A DNA stretch of 64,000 bases, from contig NC_043015.1 in assembly GCF_006345805.1 (NCBI RefSeq), positions 43,648,001 to 43,712,000 on the forward strand, read 5' to 3'. The stretch comes from Octopus sinensis. Its lineage: Eukaryota. Each line of letters opens with the position of its first letter. Position 1 is the stretch's first letter. The position numbers and the translations under genes are program-made. This document shows, in pieces, positions 41,511 through 55,440 of the stretch. Under the pieces are notes generated by a model, which had not been told where the DNA came from, did not search any database, and saw nothing but the letters and a program-made list of their open reading frames with translations.

Positions 41511-42127
41511 CTGGTGGCGAGTATATGAAACATTAAATCACTGAATTACTTCGTTTATGAAGTTGTTGACTCTTGTTTTTTTAGCATTTTTATTTTACGG
41601 TTATGCACTTTATACTTAACATATTTTTCTTTGTGTTTGTTCATTTATATTGTATGCAATTATAACCTCTAAGTAGCTCAAACCATTTGGTTATGGCCAA
41701 GCAGGGACAGTACTCAATCTGTTTCTTTTTATCTTCTATGTCATTTAGTTTTAGTAATGCTGAGGGACAGTTTTGATCAGAAGCAGGAGTCTCCTTTGGC
41801 TCATTTTAAAGTGAAATATGCACTTAATTCCTTGTAATCGCTAGCTTATCATGCATACTGCATTGTTAAATAGCGACTCATTATATATTTAATATTCCAA
41901 TTCATAAATCTGAAGCGTTTTTTGTATTTATATTGTTACTTGTTTTGTCATATGTGTTTTGTCAGTAATGGTCTGAAAGGTGGGTGATGGGGAACTGACC
42001 TCCTCTACTCGGTTCAGTGTGTCACGTTCAGATAGTCAGTGGTTCTTAGACATATCACCCGGCGTTGCCACGATTTGTGAATACAAAGCATACTGAAAAA
42101 TCTTAGAGGCGACCCTATCTACATACA

Positions 42128-42382
42128 CTCTCTTTTACTCTTTTATTTGTTTCAGTTATTTGACTGTGGCCATGCTGGAGCACCGCCTTTAGTCGAGCAA
42201 ATCGACCCCAGGACTTATTCTTCGTAAACCTTGTAGTTATTCTATCGGTCTCTTTTGCCGAACCGTTAAGTTACGGGGACGTAAACACACCAGCATCGGT
42301 TCTCAAGCGATGTTGGGGGGACAAACGCAGACACACAAACACACACTCACACACACACACATACACACACACTCACACATAT

Positions 42383-42415
<33 letters not shown>

Positions 42416-42545
42416 AATATATATACGGCGGGCTTCTTCCAGTTTCCGTCTACCAAATCCACTCACAAAGCTTTGCTTGGCCCGAAGCTATAGTAGAAGA
42501 CATCTGCTCAAGATGCCACGCAGTGGGACTGAACCCGGAACCATA
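42128..42545 (-). mobile_element. SINE family B, near full length
   Basis: Reverse complement of the consensus. Confidence 0.9.
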
Positions 42546-43856
42546 TAGTTGTAAATTATGTACACTGAGACTTAATTTCAACAACAGAAATCTGCATCAG
42601 CTTTTGCAAAGCTTTATATGTATACAGCTATATTGTGACGCGCTTCTCTCCCCATGGTAGCTCCTGTCTCTAGGCTTTATCATTATGAGATGATATCCAG
42701 AATGACGTGATTCAAGAACGAAGCGAGGCAAAAAATCGTCATCGCAGAATACTGAATGTGCAAGCTCCGCCGGGCCAGGCGAAATGTCTTGCATTCCACC
42801 GTTAAGGAACGAGACAGATGAAGATTCCTTGTTGGCACCATTTGCTTCACATAGGGCGAAAGGGTTAATGAATGAATAACATTATATGAGGTGAAAATTT
42901 TATGATCAAGGTTCACGAATAACAGGTGGAAATGTGCAGTGATATCTAAGATATCTGAGAAGACTACTCAGTATATTTCCATTCCGATGGAAAGATGATT
43001 ACGTGAAATAATTTGAGGGGATATCGAAAAGGAGGTAGCCATCAAGAAGTACTCAGAAGCTTATTTTGACGAGCGTTGTATTATGACAGGCACTAGGCTT
43101 GTCGATACAGACGATACAGAAGTATGGTCACTTAGTCAGCATTCATTATGTATTTTACTTCATCTGCTACATCACATTCGGACAGGTATCTCTCTACCCG
43201 AAATGTTTAATCCCTCACAATTTAAATAGCGGTAGGCGATTACACACCTTGTCATTTAAGCTAATATTTTAAATATTCAGAAATACAATGCGTTTGTACC
43301 AAAATTCAGTCGAATACGAAACAGAAGTGTTCTGATTTTATTATCAAATTCAGAAGTAAATTATATATTTTATTTTCAATTTTATATCAGGGTTGCCTTT
43401 GATAGCGGATGAACGACATGCACCGCGGTACATGAACACGAATATTTCAGGTTCTGAATATTTATTATAGGTTTCTGTTCACGTCACTGCTTTGCCCATA
43501 TTAGATGTATAGGGTAAAGCAATCACAAACCAATCTATCTAGCTTGTGATAACTATTTATTTATAGAGAATCAGGTTGTATCCAGAAATATTACACAGTT
43601 TGAAATTTTGCAGAATAAATTATTTATCTCACCTATATCCACGCTATATCTTTCCCTTAGATTTTTTAAATGGCATTTTCTACCTAATAATTCGTGTTCT
43701 GGGTGTAATTTCTTCTTTTCTCTTCTATATGCACAGTAACGATTGATACTTGACTTCATACTAAATAGTTTCTCATGAAAAAATGTTAACATAACGAATT
43801 AAATTCTTCGATTTTGGATTCTATAGTCTGTAATCCAATGTGAACATTTATTGGGT

Positions 43857-43898
<42 letters not shown>

Positions 43899-44960
43899 AT
43901 GTGAGTAAAAGAAGTATTCAAGCATTCAAGAACAACCGAAACGTTTCCAATAGAAATCCTCACCCTTACATTATATTAAATGTTTTTATTTGTTTTTATT
44001 ATGTTATTATGTATTTATATATTTCTGAGGTCTTACAGAAAACCCACATTGTCTCACTTAGTCTGTTGATTAAATGTCTTGAACGAATCTCTGAAGATTT
44101 CAGGAATAAAAAACTACGAGAAAAAATTCCAGTTAATGAATTTGTTATAAACAGAGCAGGACGAAAAGAAACTTATTTTTTATACATAATCTTGAAACCA
44201 TTCTCTGTTTTTTGTCTTCTACTTTTTTCTAATATAAATCGAATATACAATAGATATATTGGAAATAGTTACCTTCCCTTTTGCTAATTCTATTTTACTT
44301 GTTATTTGTGTTTTTTTTTTTTTTGTAAAGTTTTTACATCAGAAACATTCTATTCTTTCCCTGGCAGCCATTCGTCTTCCTGGTATTACCGCTGCAATAA
44401 CAATGCTACAGATGTTCGGTCATAATTTCGCTCTGTTCCACCACGTGCTTCCTCTGTCAACAACCCAAACCTCTCAAGCTGTCATCTTTATTTCCTTTCT
44501 ACTTACTTCTGATGGGTGACATTATTGCGTCTATGTTGGTTGTTTTCTTGTCTTATTATCGGAATCGCTTTCGTATTTTCATTTTTTCCCTTTCCTCTCT
44601 GGATTTTTATTTTCTCATACTTTTACATTTTATTACATAATCATTCATTCTTGAATTCCTGCAAAGTCAACACATACACATGCATACACACACACACACA
44701 CACACAAACATGTATATATATACATATACATATAAGTAAACATTGCTGCCTGACTGTGTGGGAAGAAGCTTGCTTCACAATCACAAAGTTCCGTGTTTCC
44801 GTGTTCAGACCCATTGCGTTGGAAGGTGAGCCGACAAAAGCCTTGTGACTGGTCTTTGTTGACCGAAAATCTCGTCGTATATATATGTTTGTCATAGATA
44901 TGTGCTTATATATCTATTGTGTGTGTATTACGCTGTTTGTATCTGGGCTTTTTTCTTCCT

Positions 44961-45383
44961 TTATTCGTCATGCTGTGTGGTGTGGTGGAGGGTGATATTT
45001 TTCCATTCATGTTTTCTCTTGAGGCTCGGTCTCTCTATTGCTATGTGTCTAACCTCTGTAATCAGTCTAAGTGTCGTGTCAGTCCTATGCGTTGATAATA
45101 CTTTGACCTCTATGCTATTGACTGAGCCTCTATGTTCAGCTTGAGCATGCTGGTAGTGCACTGACAAGCCTTTCTCTTCTTTGATCACTCGCCAGTGTAC
45201 ATCTATACGCTCTCCTATACTGCCTGCTGTCTCTCCAATGTAAGTAGATGTCATGCTTCTGCACCGCTCCTCAGTACATTGTAAGCTACACACCATATCC
45301 CTAACCTTGCATTTAACAGGTTGGTTCATCCTACAGACAGTACAATTGTTCTCCATGCATGGGGATCTATCGAAGGGATACAT
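44961..45383 (-). pseudogene. GIY-YIG endonuclease fragment of a Penelope-like element
   Basis: CTVC...VCSLQC...TYIGETAGSIGERIDVHW...H...EH...LRLITEVRHIAIERPSLKR. Confidence 0.8.
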
Positions 45384-45689
45384 ATGCGTATGTGTGTGTG
45401 TGTCTGTCTGTTTGTTTGTTTCCTACCACCGATTCACGACTGGTGTTGGTTTGATTACCTCCTCGTAACATAGCGATTCGGAAAAAGAGGTGATAGAGTA
45501 ATTGCCGGACGAAAAGATAGTACTTGGGTAGGTCCATTCATCTAAAAACTCTTCAAGTCTGTGCTCCAGTATGGGCGCAGTCTAATGCCTGAAACAGATA
45601 CAAAAATATAAAAGGAAAGTTAGATAAAACATGACACTCTTCACAGAGTAATTGTAGATTTTCCCTTGACGCATTATCATTTACTAATT

Positions 45690-45880
45690 AAATTCTTTAT
45701 CCTCATGTGGGATAAAGCGCATCAACAAAATATTTCCATCTCTCTCGATCCTTGACAATAGATTAGAGATGCTTCCAGCTGTCATTCCCGGCAAATGCTT
45801 CAGTCATGGTTGGTCTGTCTTGATGAGAGAAGCTGCTCGACATTGTAGCTACTCTTAAGCCTTGACTACGCTGCTCCATG
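45690..45880 (-). pseudogene. Decayed RTE-like LINE 3' end
   Basis: DSWKHL*SIVKDRERWKYFVDALYPT resembles the RTE terminal DR..W..V.AL motif. Confidence 0.4.
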
Positions 45881-46273
45881 CACAGACTCTGAGGAGTATC
45901 CCTGTTACCAGCACCAGCATCCTACGTTATCCTGTTCGCGCTTCAGAAACAATGTCGAAATATGACATTGTAAATATGATAATCCTTTGCCTACCACACT
46001 CCTTCTTTTTCAACCAGACCTGGAACCGGCTATGACGGAGACGACACAATATGATTAGGCATATACAAAATAGTTTAAATTAAGACTATAGGCTTTCATG
46101 TCTCGCACCTGAACTTTGCCAAAAAGCATCTAGAATAGATAGAAGCGAGGCCCAGCGAAAACGGGCGACTAATCAATATAGTACACACCCATATATGTAC
46201 ATAATGCAAAACTCACATTGAACAGAACCGCGCACCACCCACGCAGCTAAATGCACACATCGTATATATGTAT

Positions 46274-46307
<34 letters not shown>

Positions 46308-46385
46308 AAAACGAAGTGAGGTTAGGGAACAACAATCAGTATATCAATATGTATCCTATATATATGTATGTATATATATATATAT

Positions 46386-46448
<63 letters not shown>

Positions 46449-47018
46449 TATGTATGTAGTATGTATGTATGTATATACACATACATACGTACATATAAAT
46501 ACACTATCATAGAAATAAAATAAAAATGTTAGTCCATAAAATGGCAGCACTAGTCAATCAAATATCACGCACAATTTTACTGTCACGTGCGAACTGTCGC
46601 TCCAGCATTTATACAGCCGCACGATGCTATAACTCTTATCATCTGGACACTTGAACGTAGGCGGAGATAAAGAAAGAGAGAGCTTGTATTGTGGTCTGAA
46701 TCTATATGAACTTTTAATCTATTAGTAGTAAATGGCACATATTTTACTACAATACAGATTGGCAACGTGGGCGGAATTAATACTAAAATGAACGAATATC
46801 TGGATTTAATTATATTACTGCAATAGAAAATGTATGGTACTCGTGTATATAGTCGTTTTTATAATTTTGAAGTGTATGCACACACACACACACATACGTG
46901 CGCACACACAAACACACACATACACGCACAAATACAAACATAAATAAGTAGATTTATATATATAAATATGTGTGTGTATGTGTGTGTGTATATATATATA
47001 TATACATATATGCGTATG

Positions 47019-47084
<66 letters not shown>

Positions 47085-47092
47085 TATATATA

Positions 47093-47680
47093 CAAGAGTT
47101 GGACAAAATAATGGAAACACGTAGCATCATAGCATCATAATTTTGAAATATCTATAAAACCGTAAAAAGCTACGTAACTTTTAGTTGTTTTTTATTTAGT
47201 ATTAGTGTTGCTTAATATGTTTTGCTAAAATTGCTGTTTCTTTTCCGATATCTTCAGAAAAAAGTTTATTAAAATTCATTAAAATGACAGATCTATTGTT
47301 CTTTCTAAGATGTCAAATTGATGGTGCTCGTATAGCAGGCGGTAGCTTAACGAAAACAAAAAAAAAAAGAAATATTTCGCGTATCAAGAAGTAATAACAG
47401 CCTTCAAGAAACATGGAAAAACCTCCTTGTCAAAGCAAAAACTCCAGAAGAAAAACAACACTTTCAGATAAGGACCGTGGGACACTTACGTGAATTGTAA
47501 GGAAGGATCACAGAAGTACAGCTCCCAAAATTACTGCAGAGCTTAATAAGCACCTCGAGAACCCACAATCCACAAACACTGTTTGCTGGGAGCTGCACAA
47601 AGCCGGGTTTCAGGGGGGGGGGCTGCAATCAGAGAACCACTACTTTCAAAAACAAATGTTGCAAAACGTTTAGATTGGAA
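47093..47680 (+). mobile_element. Tc1 transposon 5' part (TIR-like end plus DNA-binding domain), decayed
   Basis: TA|CAAGAGTTGGACAAAATAATGGAAACAC. From 47284, broken frames read KHGKTS..., IVRKDHRSTAPKITAELNKHLENP, ELHKAGF and AAIREPLLSKTNVAKRLDW. Confidence 0.85.
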
Positions 47681-47871
47681 TAAAAAATGTGTGTGAGTGT
47701 ACGTGTGCGTGTATCTTTGTATGTGTGTATGTGTGTTTACAAATATACATACACGCATATGTATATATATTATATGTGTGTTTGTGTGTGTGTATGATTG
47801 TGTAAATATAGATAATTAATGAGTGTAAATAAATATATCAATTATCAGGCACGTTAGCTAAGGATTGGGTG

Positions 47872-48029
47872 ATATATCTTGTTAGCGACTTACCATCTAA
47901 AGTATATGTGAACCAATGATATATATATTTATGTATGTATGCCTATATATGCTTACATATATAGGCATATATATATATATATCATTGGTTCACATATACT
48001 TTAAATGATAAATCGCTAACAAGATATAT
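47872..48029. repeat. Imperfect long hairpin (outer arms about 55 bp plus an inner 14-bp stem)
   Basis: ATATATCTTGTTAGCGA...GAACCAATGATAT is inverted with 3 mismatches; inner stem TATGCCTATATATG/CATATATAGGCATA. Confidence 0.85.
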
Positions 48030-48130
48030 ATATATATAAATGCTTATGTACCTGTATGTGCGAGTGTGCATGCATACTTGCAATGATATATATATATATA
48101 TATATATATTTACATACACACATATATATA

Positions 48131-48169
<39 letters not shown>

Positions 48170-48231
48170 CATATATACATATATATATATATATTATATA
48201 TATATATCTATAATATATATATTATCGTATA

Positions 48232-48263
<32 letters not shown>

Positions 48264-48666
48264 GTTTATTCATATTTATACTTATATATGTGTGTGTGTT
48301 TATGTGTGTTTGCATGTATGTGTTTTAATCTCTATATACGTGTATATCTGATCTTTTTGTATACGTGTCCGGGCGCCTTATATACATGATGCATGTTAAT
48401 GTCAAGAACTTTGATAATAAGTCATCCCACAGTAAACAGCACCAAACAACGTCCGAGTTTACTGAGGTCAAACCCGTTCTGTTGTCTCCCAAAATATATA
48501 TTAATCACCTTTGCTAACATTTGCTTTACGCAGATAAATGTTTGCAGCCAAACATTTTTATATCCTTCTCTATATCCGTATAACAAGTCAACATAACGTG
48601 ATATTTTTATCCGAGTGAGGTAAAGCGACTCTAAGCATAGGTCTATAAAATTCTATCGTCACTTAC

Positions 48667-48722
48667 CCGGCAGAAATTTACAAGCTGTAGCCAATATGGC
48701 GAATACTTGAATTTATTGTCGT
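48667..48722 (-). CDS. Candidate 56-nt exon, DNKFKYSPYWLQLVNFCR
   Basis: ttttcgtaacAG acceptor, CGG|gtaagt donor and one open frame; no homology recognised. Confidence 0.2.
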
Positions 48723-50009
48723 CTGTTACGAAAAGTCGTTTCTGTAGCATTTGTTTCATTTCTATTCTTTGTTTTTAATGTTGTTCACAAATTTTGCTTA
48801 ATATAGATAAAACTTAATAAATTATTTCTCCATTCAAATTTACCTTTATCACCTTTTCTAATGGCAATTCTATGTCTTTCTTTCTCCCGTTGAATAAGCA
48901 CTCGACCGTTATTTTTACCTTTTGACATGAACTTCTCCAATTTCTATGAGCCTCACCCGATAGGCTCCGTTAGCAATTAACAGCATGAAGACGAGAGCAA
49001 TGGCGAATCATCTCTTCCATATATGTTTACATATATTCATACATACATACGTACATACATACATACATACAATTATTCTTATGATAACATTAATCTTCAA
49101 GTGTGAAAATTCTAATATAAAATCACCGATTCATGATCCCGAACTGATATATTGAGATTTGTTTTCTCACAGAGCGTATTCGAAAGTACATCCTCTCCTT
49201 TTGCTAGAGTTAAATATTCCTAGATTTGCCTGAAAAATTCTGTGAAAAAAAATCTTACAATTTCAAATCTAAATGTAATTTCAGCCACAGTAAAACACCC
49301 GGCAAAGATCTACGCATGAAGCTACTTTATTTTTCACCAAGGTAGGGTTAACATGGTTTTATTATAGTCGAAGTGTAGTGAAAAACTGGACAGGATCGCT
49401 TAGGCTAAAGAAGATAGAGTGGTGCTATGAACAAAATCGATAGCAACAGCGATGGTATTATTGATACAGAAGTGTGCTGCAAAATTTGACATAATCGCTC
49501 GCATAGCTTAAGAGAGAAAGAGATGTATCAAAAACAAAAATGGTAGCAACAGCGATAATATCAAGGTAGTTTAAAACCGCCACAGGTTTTCACTTTCAAT
49601 GCTCACCTGGGGATTACTGGGTGTATAAAAGCACAAATGATGTAGAGTCACCTATTTTCTGTAAGAAAACTCTTTGATACATTCAAACTTTCAGTAAGAG
49701 ATCATAACCAAAGTATGTACATATATTTTTAAAGTGAAAACTAAGTCTGGAGGCGTAAATTTTTTTTCCCATTTTGCCTACTACCAGACAAGAAATATAT
49801 GCACTAAAGAAAATATGCACGCCTTCTAATACTAGCCACAGAAATATTGCATAAATGAGAAGTCTTCGCCCGAATTTAGAGCAGAGTTCATATCCTTCCA
49901 TATGTGTTATTTTGCTCTTCTACGCTACTGTAGTCTAGTTACGTACTCCACATGTAAATTATGTCAACATGTAGCACACATTTAACCGTATACGTCATTT
50001 ATTGTGACG

Positions 50010-50245
50010 GGAAATGATATCTAATAACATTTCTACTATAGGCACAAGGCCTGCAATTTTGGGGTAGGGAACTAGTCGATTACATCGATCCCAATGTTTC
50101 ACTGGTAATTAATTTATCGACACCGAAAGGATGAAGGGCAAAATCGACCCCGGCGGAATTTAAACTCAGAACGTAAAGACGGACGAAATGCCGCTAAGCA
50201 TTTCGCCCGACGTACTAACGATTCTGCCATATAGCCGCCTTCGTA
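50010..50245 (-). mobile_element. SINE family A
   Basis: Reverse complement of the consensus. Confidence 0.8.
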
Positions 50246-50694
50246 ATGGTATCTAATAACGCTACTAAGTTAAAGATATCTGAAAAAATCACACGTTTCA
50301 ACTATAAAGAACAATACAACTAGCGAGTACTCGCGAGCCACTATGATTTGGTGACATATACCACAGTTTTGATGGCTTCTTGTTTAAGTATCTTTGTAGT
50401 TACGGACAAACATGACACTTTTTCGCCCGTCAGTTATTTAATTTTCAGCCCTGCAAAGCGACTAGTTGGCTGCATCATTAGAGCGTCAGAGAAATTGCAT
50501 AGCGGCATATATATCCCGGCTTTGCGTTCGAAGTTCAAATGCCGCCAAGTTCAATGTTTTTTAATCATCTTCGGTCGATGAAATAAGTTTCACTTAAGCA
50601 CTGGTGACAATGAAATTTACTAGCTCCTCCACGAAATATCAGGCCATGTACCTATAGTAGCAAGAATACCTCTGTCACAGGCTATACATATTTC

Positions 50695-50915
50695 CTTACT
50701 ACCCACAAGGGGCTAATCACAGAGAAGACAAACAAGGACAGACAAACGGATTAAGTCGATTATATCGACCCCAGTGCGTAACTGGTACTTATTTAATCGA
50801 CCCTGAAAGGATGAAAGGCAAAGTCGACCTCGGCGGAATTTGAACTCAGAACGTAACGGCAGACTAAATACAGCTACGCATTTCGCCCGGCGTGCTAACG
50901 TTTCTGCCAGCTCAC
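50695..50915 (-). mobile_element. SINE family A
   Basis: Reverse complement of the consensus. Confidence 0.9.
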
Positions 50916-51074
50916 TGACTTTAAAGCTACAGGCTACACCTGTAGCTTTTATTTTACCAGAGAAGGGCCTACTATTCCTCTACCAAAATTCTACTCTACG
51001 TTACTCATCTTACATAAATATAATTCTCCGACAAAATCTAGAACGTGGTATAGTTGAGATTGCAGTCGTTAAAA

Positions 51075-51138
51075 CTATAATGTCTGAAGAAGACTTTCAA
51101 GTAATTGATTCTGGTGAAACCTGAAACGTTAGAAATAG
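51075..51138 (+). ncRNA. Decayed HHR-like motif
   Basis: ctataatgt-CTGAAGA-AG...CT-GAAAC-GTT-agaaatag; stems I and II are partly mismatched. Confidence 0.3.
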
Positions 51139-51537
51139 TCTTTCAAGTAGCTGAGACCATATCAAAAGTTCAATCATTACTTGTCACTATTTCTCTTCAT
51201 TTACATCATTAAATTGCTTTGGAAATCCATGTACATGAAATTTACAATTTTCTATCATTTTTACGAACATTAGGAAGCCCATCGTGCCTGTCTGCCATCT
51301 TTAAATCTCATATCGTATAATGTATTACATTTTTTCATCGAGATACAAGTAAAATTAATTAAGTATCCACTATATATGCTTCTACATTTACTTTTATTAA
51401 CTTCATCCGGACAGCGTAAAAGGTACGTGTGTCTCTGGAGTTTTCAGCAATTTGCACGTTAATTTCACGGGAAGGCTTCTCCGTTGATCGGATCGACTGA
51501 AACTGCCGTCCACCTCACCAGGGGGGTTCCAGTATGT

Positions 51538-51771
51538 GTTACTCTTACTCTTTACTCTTTTACTTGATTCAGTCATTTGACTGCGGCCATTCTGGAGCAC
51601 CGCCTTTAGTCGAGCAACTCGACCCCGAGACTTATTCATTGTAAGCCCAGCACTTATTCTATCGGTCTCTTTTGCCGAACCGCTAAGTGACGGGGACGTA
51701 AACACACCAGTATCGGTTGTCAAGCAATGCTACAGGGACAAACATAGACACACAAACACATCCACACACAT

Positions 51772-51855
<84 letters not shown>

Positions 51856-52020
51856 GACGGGCTTCTTTCAGTTTCCGTCTACCAAATCAACTCACAAGAC
51901 TTTGGTCGGCCCGAGGTTAGAGTAGAAGACACTTGCCCAAGATGCCACGCAGTGGAACTGAACCCGGAACCATGTGGTTGGTTAGCAAGCTACCTACCAC
52001 ACAGCCACTCCTGCGCCTAT
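51538..52020 (-). mobile_element. SINE family B, full length
   Basis: Reverse complement of the consensus. Confidence 0.9.
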
Positions 52021-52268
52021 GTATAGATATATATTGATATAGATATAGATATAATGTATAGATGGTGATAAAGTATCGTGACAGGTACCATTCAAGCAGA
52101 CAGTCATAATCTAGGTTATGGCTAACCGCATCGACCTGTAATGAACACTTAGAATCACTTAAGGTAAGCCTTTCCAATGGATTTCTTCTCATGGATAAAT
52201 ATAGGGATTTCAGATATATCTCTCTCATTCATTGCATTCGAAGTCCGTTGTCCCCTGTGAAATATACG

Positions 52269-52760
52269 CATCATCATTGTTCGACCGTGGTCGAGACAAT
52301 GGAATTTACCATGCTACGCCAGACTCCACGGTCCATCATAGCATTACGGAGGTCCTGTTGCTGGATGCCTGTATCCCTGGAGATTACATCAGGGTAGGAG
52401 AGTGTGCGCCCTCTGGTATTGCGAGTAAATGGCTTCCAGAGGAGAAGAGTAGAAATTGCCTCGTTTTCAGCTCTACAACAATGTCCAGCAAACTGGACTC
52501 TCCTACCTTTCACAAGAGATGACACAGGTGGTAGTTTCCCATATATTTGCATTTTGGTTAGATGACGCTTCCACGAGAGATTTTGAGCTCTCATAAGGAG
52601 GCGAGTGTAGGTTCCATCCAAACGCCTCTCAAGCTTCTTTGATAGTAGAATATATAAGCCATATAGTAGAATTGGTTCGACTGTGGCTTTGAAGATTTCA
52701 AGTTTTAAGTCTCTACTTAGATTTGATGACCAAATCTTATGCATGCCATTACGCACGCTG
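52269..52760 (-). mobile_element. RTE-clade LINE, 3' fragment (RT C-terminal region)
   Basis: MHKIWSSNLSRDLKLEIFKATVEPILLYG...LERRLDGTYTRLLMRAQNLSWK...RRVQFAGHCCR...LLLWKP...DRGVWR, with an (ATG)n tail. Confidence 0.9.
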
Positions 52761-52944
52761 AATATACATGCACACGTTTCGCTATAGAGCACGTGGATGG
52801 ATGGAAATTGAATAAAGTTGCATAGACTAATAATCAGTCCAAAGTAATTGGATGCAAATGCTATTGAAAGATGTCTATATAGCAGAAACGTGCGTCAGAC
52901 ACATTTAAATCAAATGTGCTCAACATCTGACTTTTTCCTGTTTT

Positions 52945-53154
52945 CCTCTTTTACTTGTTTCAGTCATTTGACTGCGGCTATGTTGGAGCACCGCCTTTAG
53001 TCGAGAAAATCCACACCAGGACTTATTCTTTGTAAGCCTAGTACTTATTCTATCGGTCTCTTTTGCTGAACGGCTAAGTTACAGGGACGTAAACACACCA
53101 GCATCGGCTGTCAAGTGATGTTGGGGGAACAAACACAAACACACAAACATATAT

Positions 53155-53225
<71 letters not shown>

Positions 53226-53372
53226 GACGGGTTTCTTTCAATTTCCGTCTACCAAATCCACTCACAAGGCTTTGGTCGGCCCGAGGCTATAGTACAAGAC
53301 ACTTACTCAAGGCGCCACGCAGTGGGACTGAACCCGAAACTATGTGGTTCGTAAGCAAGCTACTTACGCCTA
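52945..53372 (-). mobile_element. SINE family B, full length
   Basis: Reverse complement of the consensus. Confidence 0.9.
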
Positions 53373-53949
53373 TGTTGTGTTATTAGTGAAACGTTTTTTG
53401 TTCTTTCATATAACAGGTGATTCAGACCCGCCATCTGCATAAAGCGCAATAGTTATGTTATTGTTAATATATCTAATATAGAGAACTTGAAAAACAAATC
53501 TTGATAATAAATGATATTAGTCATCAACAAATATTGTTGTTGCTATTGTTGTTGTCGTTGTTGTTATTTCTCATTGCATAATTATTCATCATTAGCTTTG
53601 TGTTGCTAATGAATATGCTAACACTAAGATACCAAAGAGAACTGGTGATGGCAATAAAATGGAATTTTTGATGCGATGTGCATTACTGCCGTTACTGCAG
53701 TCGACGACAATGCGTATGGTATAAAGATGATAAATGATTGTTGGTGGACGCATGATATGCTAGAAACAGTACCTAGTTGTTCTTTAAAGTGTACTGTTAA
53801 TGTCTTAGAAAAATGAAGGACACATAGAATGATGTTGTCGTTTCTGGTTTATGTGTATCACAAGGAGGTTGGAGCACGAACTCTTTCTAGTGTGTCATAA
53901 CATCGAGGGTGAGGGTAAGATTCACAACAAGAACAACAACAGCAACAGT

Positions 53950-54605
53950 GGAGACGCAATGGCCCAGTGGTTAGGGCAGCGAACTCGCGGTCGTAAGAAC
54001 GCGGTTTCGATTCCCAAACCGGGTATTCTGAGTGTTTATTGAGCAAAAACACCTAAGCTCCACGATGCTCCGGCGGGGAGGTGTGGTGAACCCCGCTGTA
54101 CTCTTTCCCAACAACATTCTCTCACTCTTTCTTCCTACTTCTGCCAGAAAGCAGAGGAACCGTGGTGTAACTCACTATGGTGTGGTAAACTTTCAGACCC
54201 TAGTCTAGATTGCGATTCCTCTGCGCCCCAGGAAGGTTCAGCTCTCCACCCGTTTAAAACCGCCGTGTACAGAATGAGGATAACAACATAGCTTTCGCGC
54301 CCGTGCAACTGCCAGTCTATCGCGTGTGGTGAGTGGATCTTCAAGTTGCCACACACATTCTTAGTAGCTGAGAGTAGGCTCGACTTAGAGATTATTCTTT
54401 GTGGCTCGTGGCGTGAGTCCTGATTGGAAGAAGAAGAAGAAGAAGAAGAAGAAGAAGAAGAAGAAGAAGAAGAAGAAAAGAAGAAGAAGAAGAAGAAGAA
54501 GAAGAAGAAGAAGAAGAAGAAGAAGAAGAAGAAGAAGAAGAAAAGAAGAAGAAGAAGAAGAAGAAGAAGAAGAAGAAGAAGAAGAAGAAGAAGAAGAAGA
54601 AGAAG
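53950..54605 (+). mobile_element. tRNA-Arg-derived SINE, same head as 18140 but a different body, (GAA)n tail
   Basis: The head GACGCAATGGCCCAGTGGTTAGGGCAGCGAACTCGCGG (TCG anticodon) is shared to about 54135; the remaining ~290 bp differs. Confidence 0.75.
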
Positions 54606-55170
54606 ACAGCAACAAAGAACAAACGAACAGAAACTGTCAATTCTGTACATGAATCGTTTTAACCTTTACATGTCCGAAGAATTTTCATAAATTTGTCCAA
54701 AATATTTACGTTCATTTTTTAGATTTTTCCTTTCTAAGTTCAGACTAGTAGAAAGTTCTACATTTATTAGCACTTAGTTATTTTAGTGGTTGAAAAAACT
54801 GAGAATGTATATCATATAGGAAGCATGGATGCCTGATAAAAATATCCAGTGTATCATATGTGATAACCAGGACAGATAAAGTGTTTAGCAGTGTTTGTTC
54901 CAAGGAAAAACACGGTGTACTGGTGTCTTCGTAAAATCTTTAGCAACCACCGTCATTTGGAATATATTTTTGCGAACCGGAGAATGCTGACATCCGAAGA
55001 AACAAGAACTGAATTGTATTTGATGACAACAGAAAATTAAAACACATTCGAAGAAATGATACAATCCATTATTATGCTTTCGTTTTCGTGCCAATACATA
55101 GCAAGTATACAGACATAAACTCATACATATATAAGTTTCTTTCAGACACGCATATATACTTACGCATGTA

Positions 55171-55259
<89 letters not shown>

Positions 55260-55315
55260 TATATAGCACCAGCATTGCCACAGTCTGCTGTGTGCAACAA
55301 GTAAAAGATAGATGC

Positions 55316-55363
<48 letters not shown>

Positions 55364-55367
55364 CGTA

Positions 55368-55426
<59 letters not shown>

Positions 55427-55440
55427 ACATATATATATAT

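Noticed and set aside
42759-42793. HHR-shaped fold TGCAA...GCC(gggcca)GGC-GAAATGTC-TTGCA
   Set aside because: The CUGANGA core is absent (GCTCC instead); at best an unrecognisable fossil.
43018-43230. Open frame containing EVAIKK (kinase-like)
   Set aside because: There is a stop just upstream, no good acceptor, short Lys-Glu spacing and no other kinase motifs.
53955-54025. tRNA-Arg(TCG) gene
   Set aside because: It is a SINE head: imperfect cloverleaf, no oligo-T terminator, and it continues into a shared repeat body.
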